Notes under the pieces: generated by a model | Told to the model about the DNA's origin: nothing | The model's database searches: none | What the model saw: the letters and a program-made list of their open reading frames with translations, nothing else | Made by a program: the position numbers and the translations under genes | Assembly (NCBI GenBank): GCA_011772425.1 | Contig: WVZO01000393.1 | Span: forward strand, 1,615 to 65,614 | DNA: 64,000 nt | Source of the DNA: Candidatus Aminicenantes bacterium | Lineage (GTDB): Bacteria; Acidobacteriota; Aminicenantia; UBA2199 | Direction: 5' to 3' | In this document: positions 63,823 through 64,000 of the stretch, in pieces | Numbering within the stretch: the stretch's first letter is position 1 | Layout of the letters: every line of letters begins with the position of its first letter

Positions 63823-64000
63823 GCACTTACAGTGCGGTAAATGGCAACATGCTTTACATATTAAGTGTTCCATCGCAGGTGGCTCTTGTGTCAAGCGCAG
63901 TCTTGAAACAAACGTAGAATGAGCGTAGGTAAATTCTATACCCTTGACCGGCTAAAAACAGTGCTGGAAAAAGAAAGAAACCAACAAAAAACCATTGCCC

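Noticed and set aside
63919-64000. Partial ORF at the window end (MSVGKFYTLDRLKTVLEKERNQQKTIA...), reminiscent of the N-terminus of cytidylyltransferase-like/RfaE domain II proteins.
   Set aside because: Only 27 codons are visible, there is no Shine-Dalgarno, and the diagnostic (T/F)xGCFDxxH motif would lie beyond the window.
1-64000. tRNA, rRNA, tmRNA, RNase P or SRP RNA genes, and intact IS elements, integrases or prophage genes.
   Set aside because: I scanned the intergenic regions longer than 100 bp by eye for T-loop (GGTTCGAAT-like) and other conserved RNA motifs, and the ORF set for transposase, integrase or phage signatures. I found nothing convincing apart from the Rpn-like remnant. 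Absence by eye is not proof.

Overview
This 64-kb window looks chromosomal and comes from a diderm bacterium (LptD, TatA/TatC, MEP-pathway IspF, Der, ParAB). GC is low to middle by eye. I count about 53 protein-coding genes and see no rRNA, tRNA, CRISPR array or intact IS/transposase. All calls come from reading motifs by eye in the supplied translations and DNA; no searches or folding were run.

Gene content. Housekeeping blocks are tatA-tatC-PIN/TRAM-ispF-der-HAD-parAB, lptD-epimerase-GT4, thyX, pcm and yigZ. These alternate with signalling genes: a beta-propeller/GGDEF cyclase, a PilZ protein, three large histidine kinases, an orphan CheR and a YfiR-like protein. Accessory-looking genes sit between them.

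Most interesting observations:
1. A 177-aa acidic ORF lies directly upstream of a 1196-aa CHAT(caspase-like)-NB-ARC-TPR STAND protein (37.1-41.3 kb). This may be a protease-armed NLR-like module that I cannot assign to a named system.
2. Two further repeat-sensor genes have near-identical internal repeats. One is a pentapeptide/WD40 gene open at the 5' window edge. The other is a Rho_N/SAP-TM-TPR gene broken by a net 22-bp deletion inside one repeat. An MNT-HEPN toxin-antitoxin pair and an Rpn/YhgA-type transposase remnant lie nearby.
3. An AcsA-like ligase, a dedicated carrier protein and a Kbl-like alpha-oxoamine synthase form an operon beside psd and a type II thioesterase.
4. The intergenic DNA is unusual. 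It has a GC-hairpin REP/BIME-like element in three copies and families of short tandem words (TTCGTG-type, CACAGATTAC-type). It also has many near-consensus sigma70 promoters, some positioned for leaderless mRNAs, and a 1.3-kb repeat-rich noncoding stretch at 1.46-2.77 kb.
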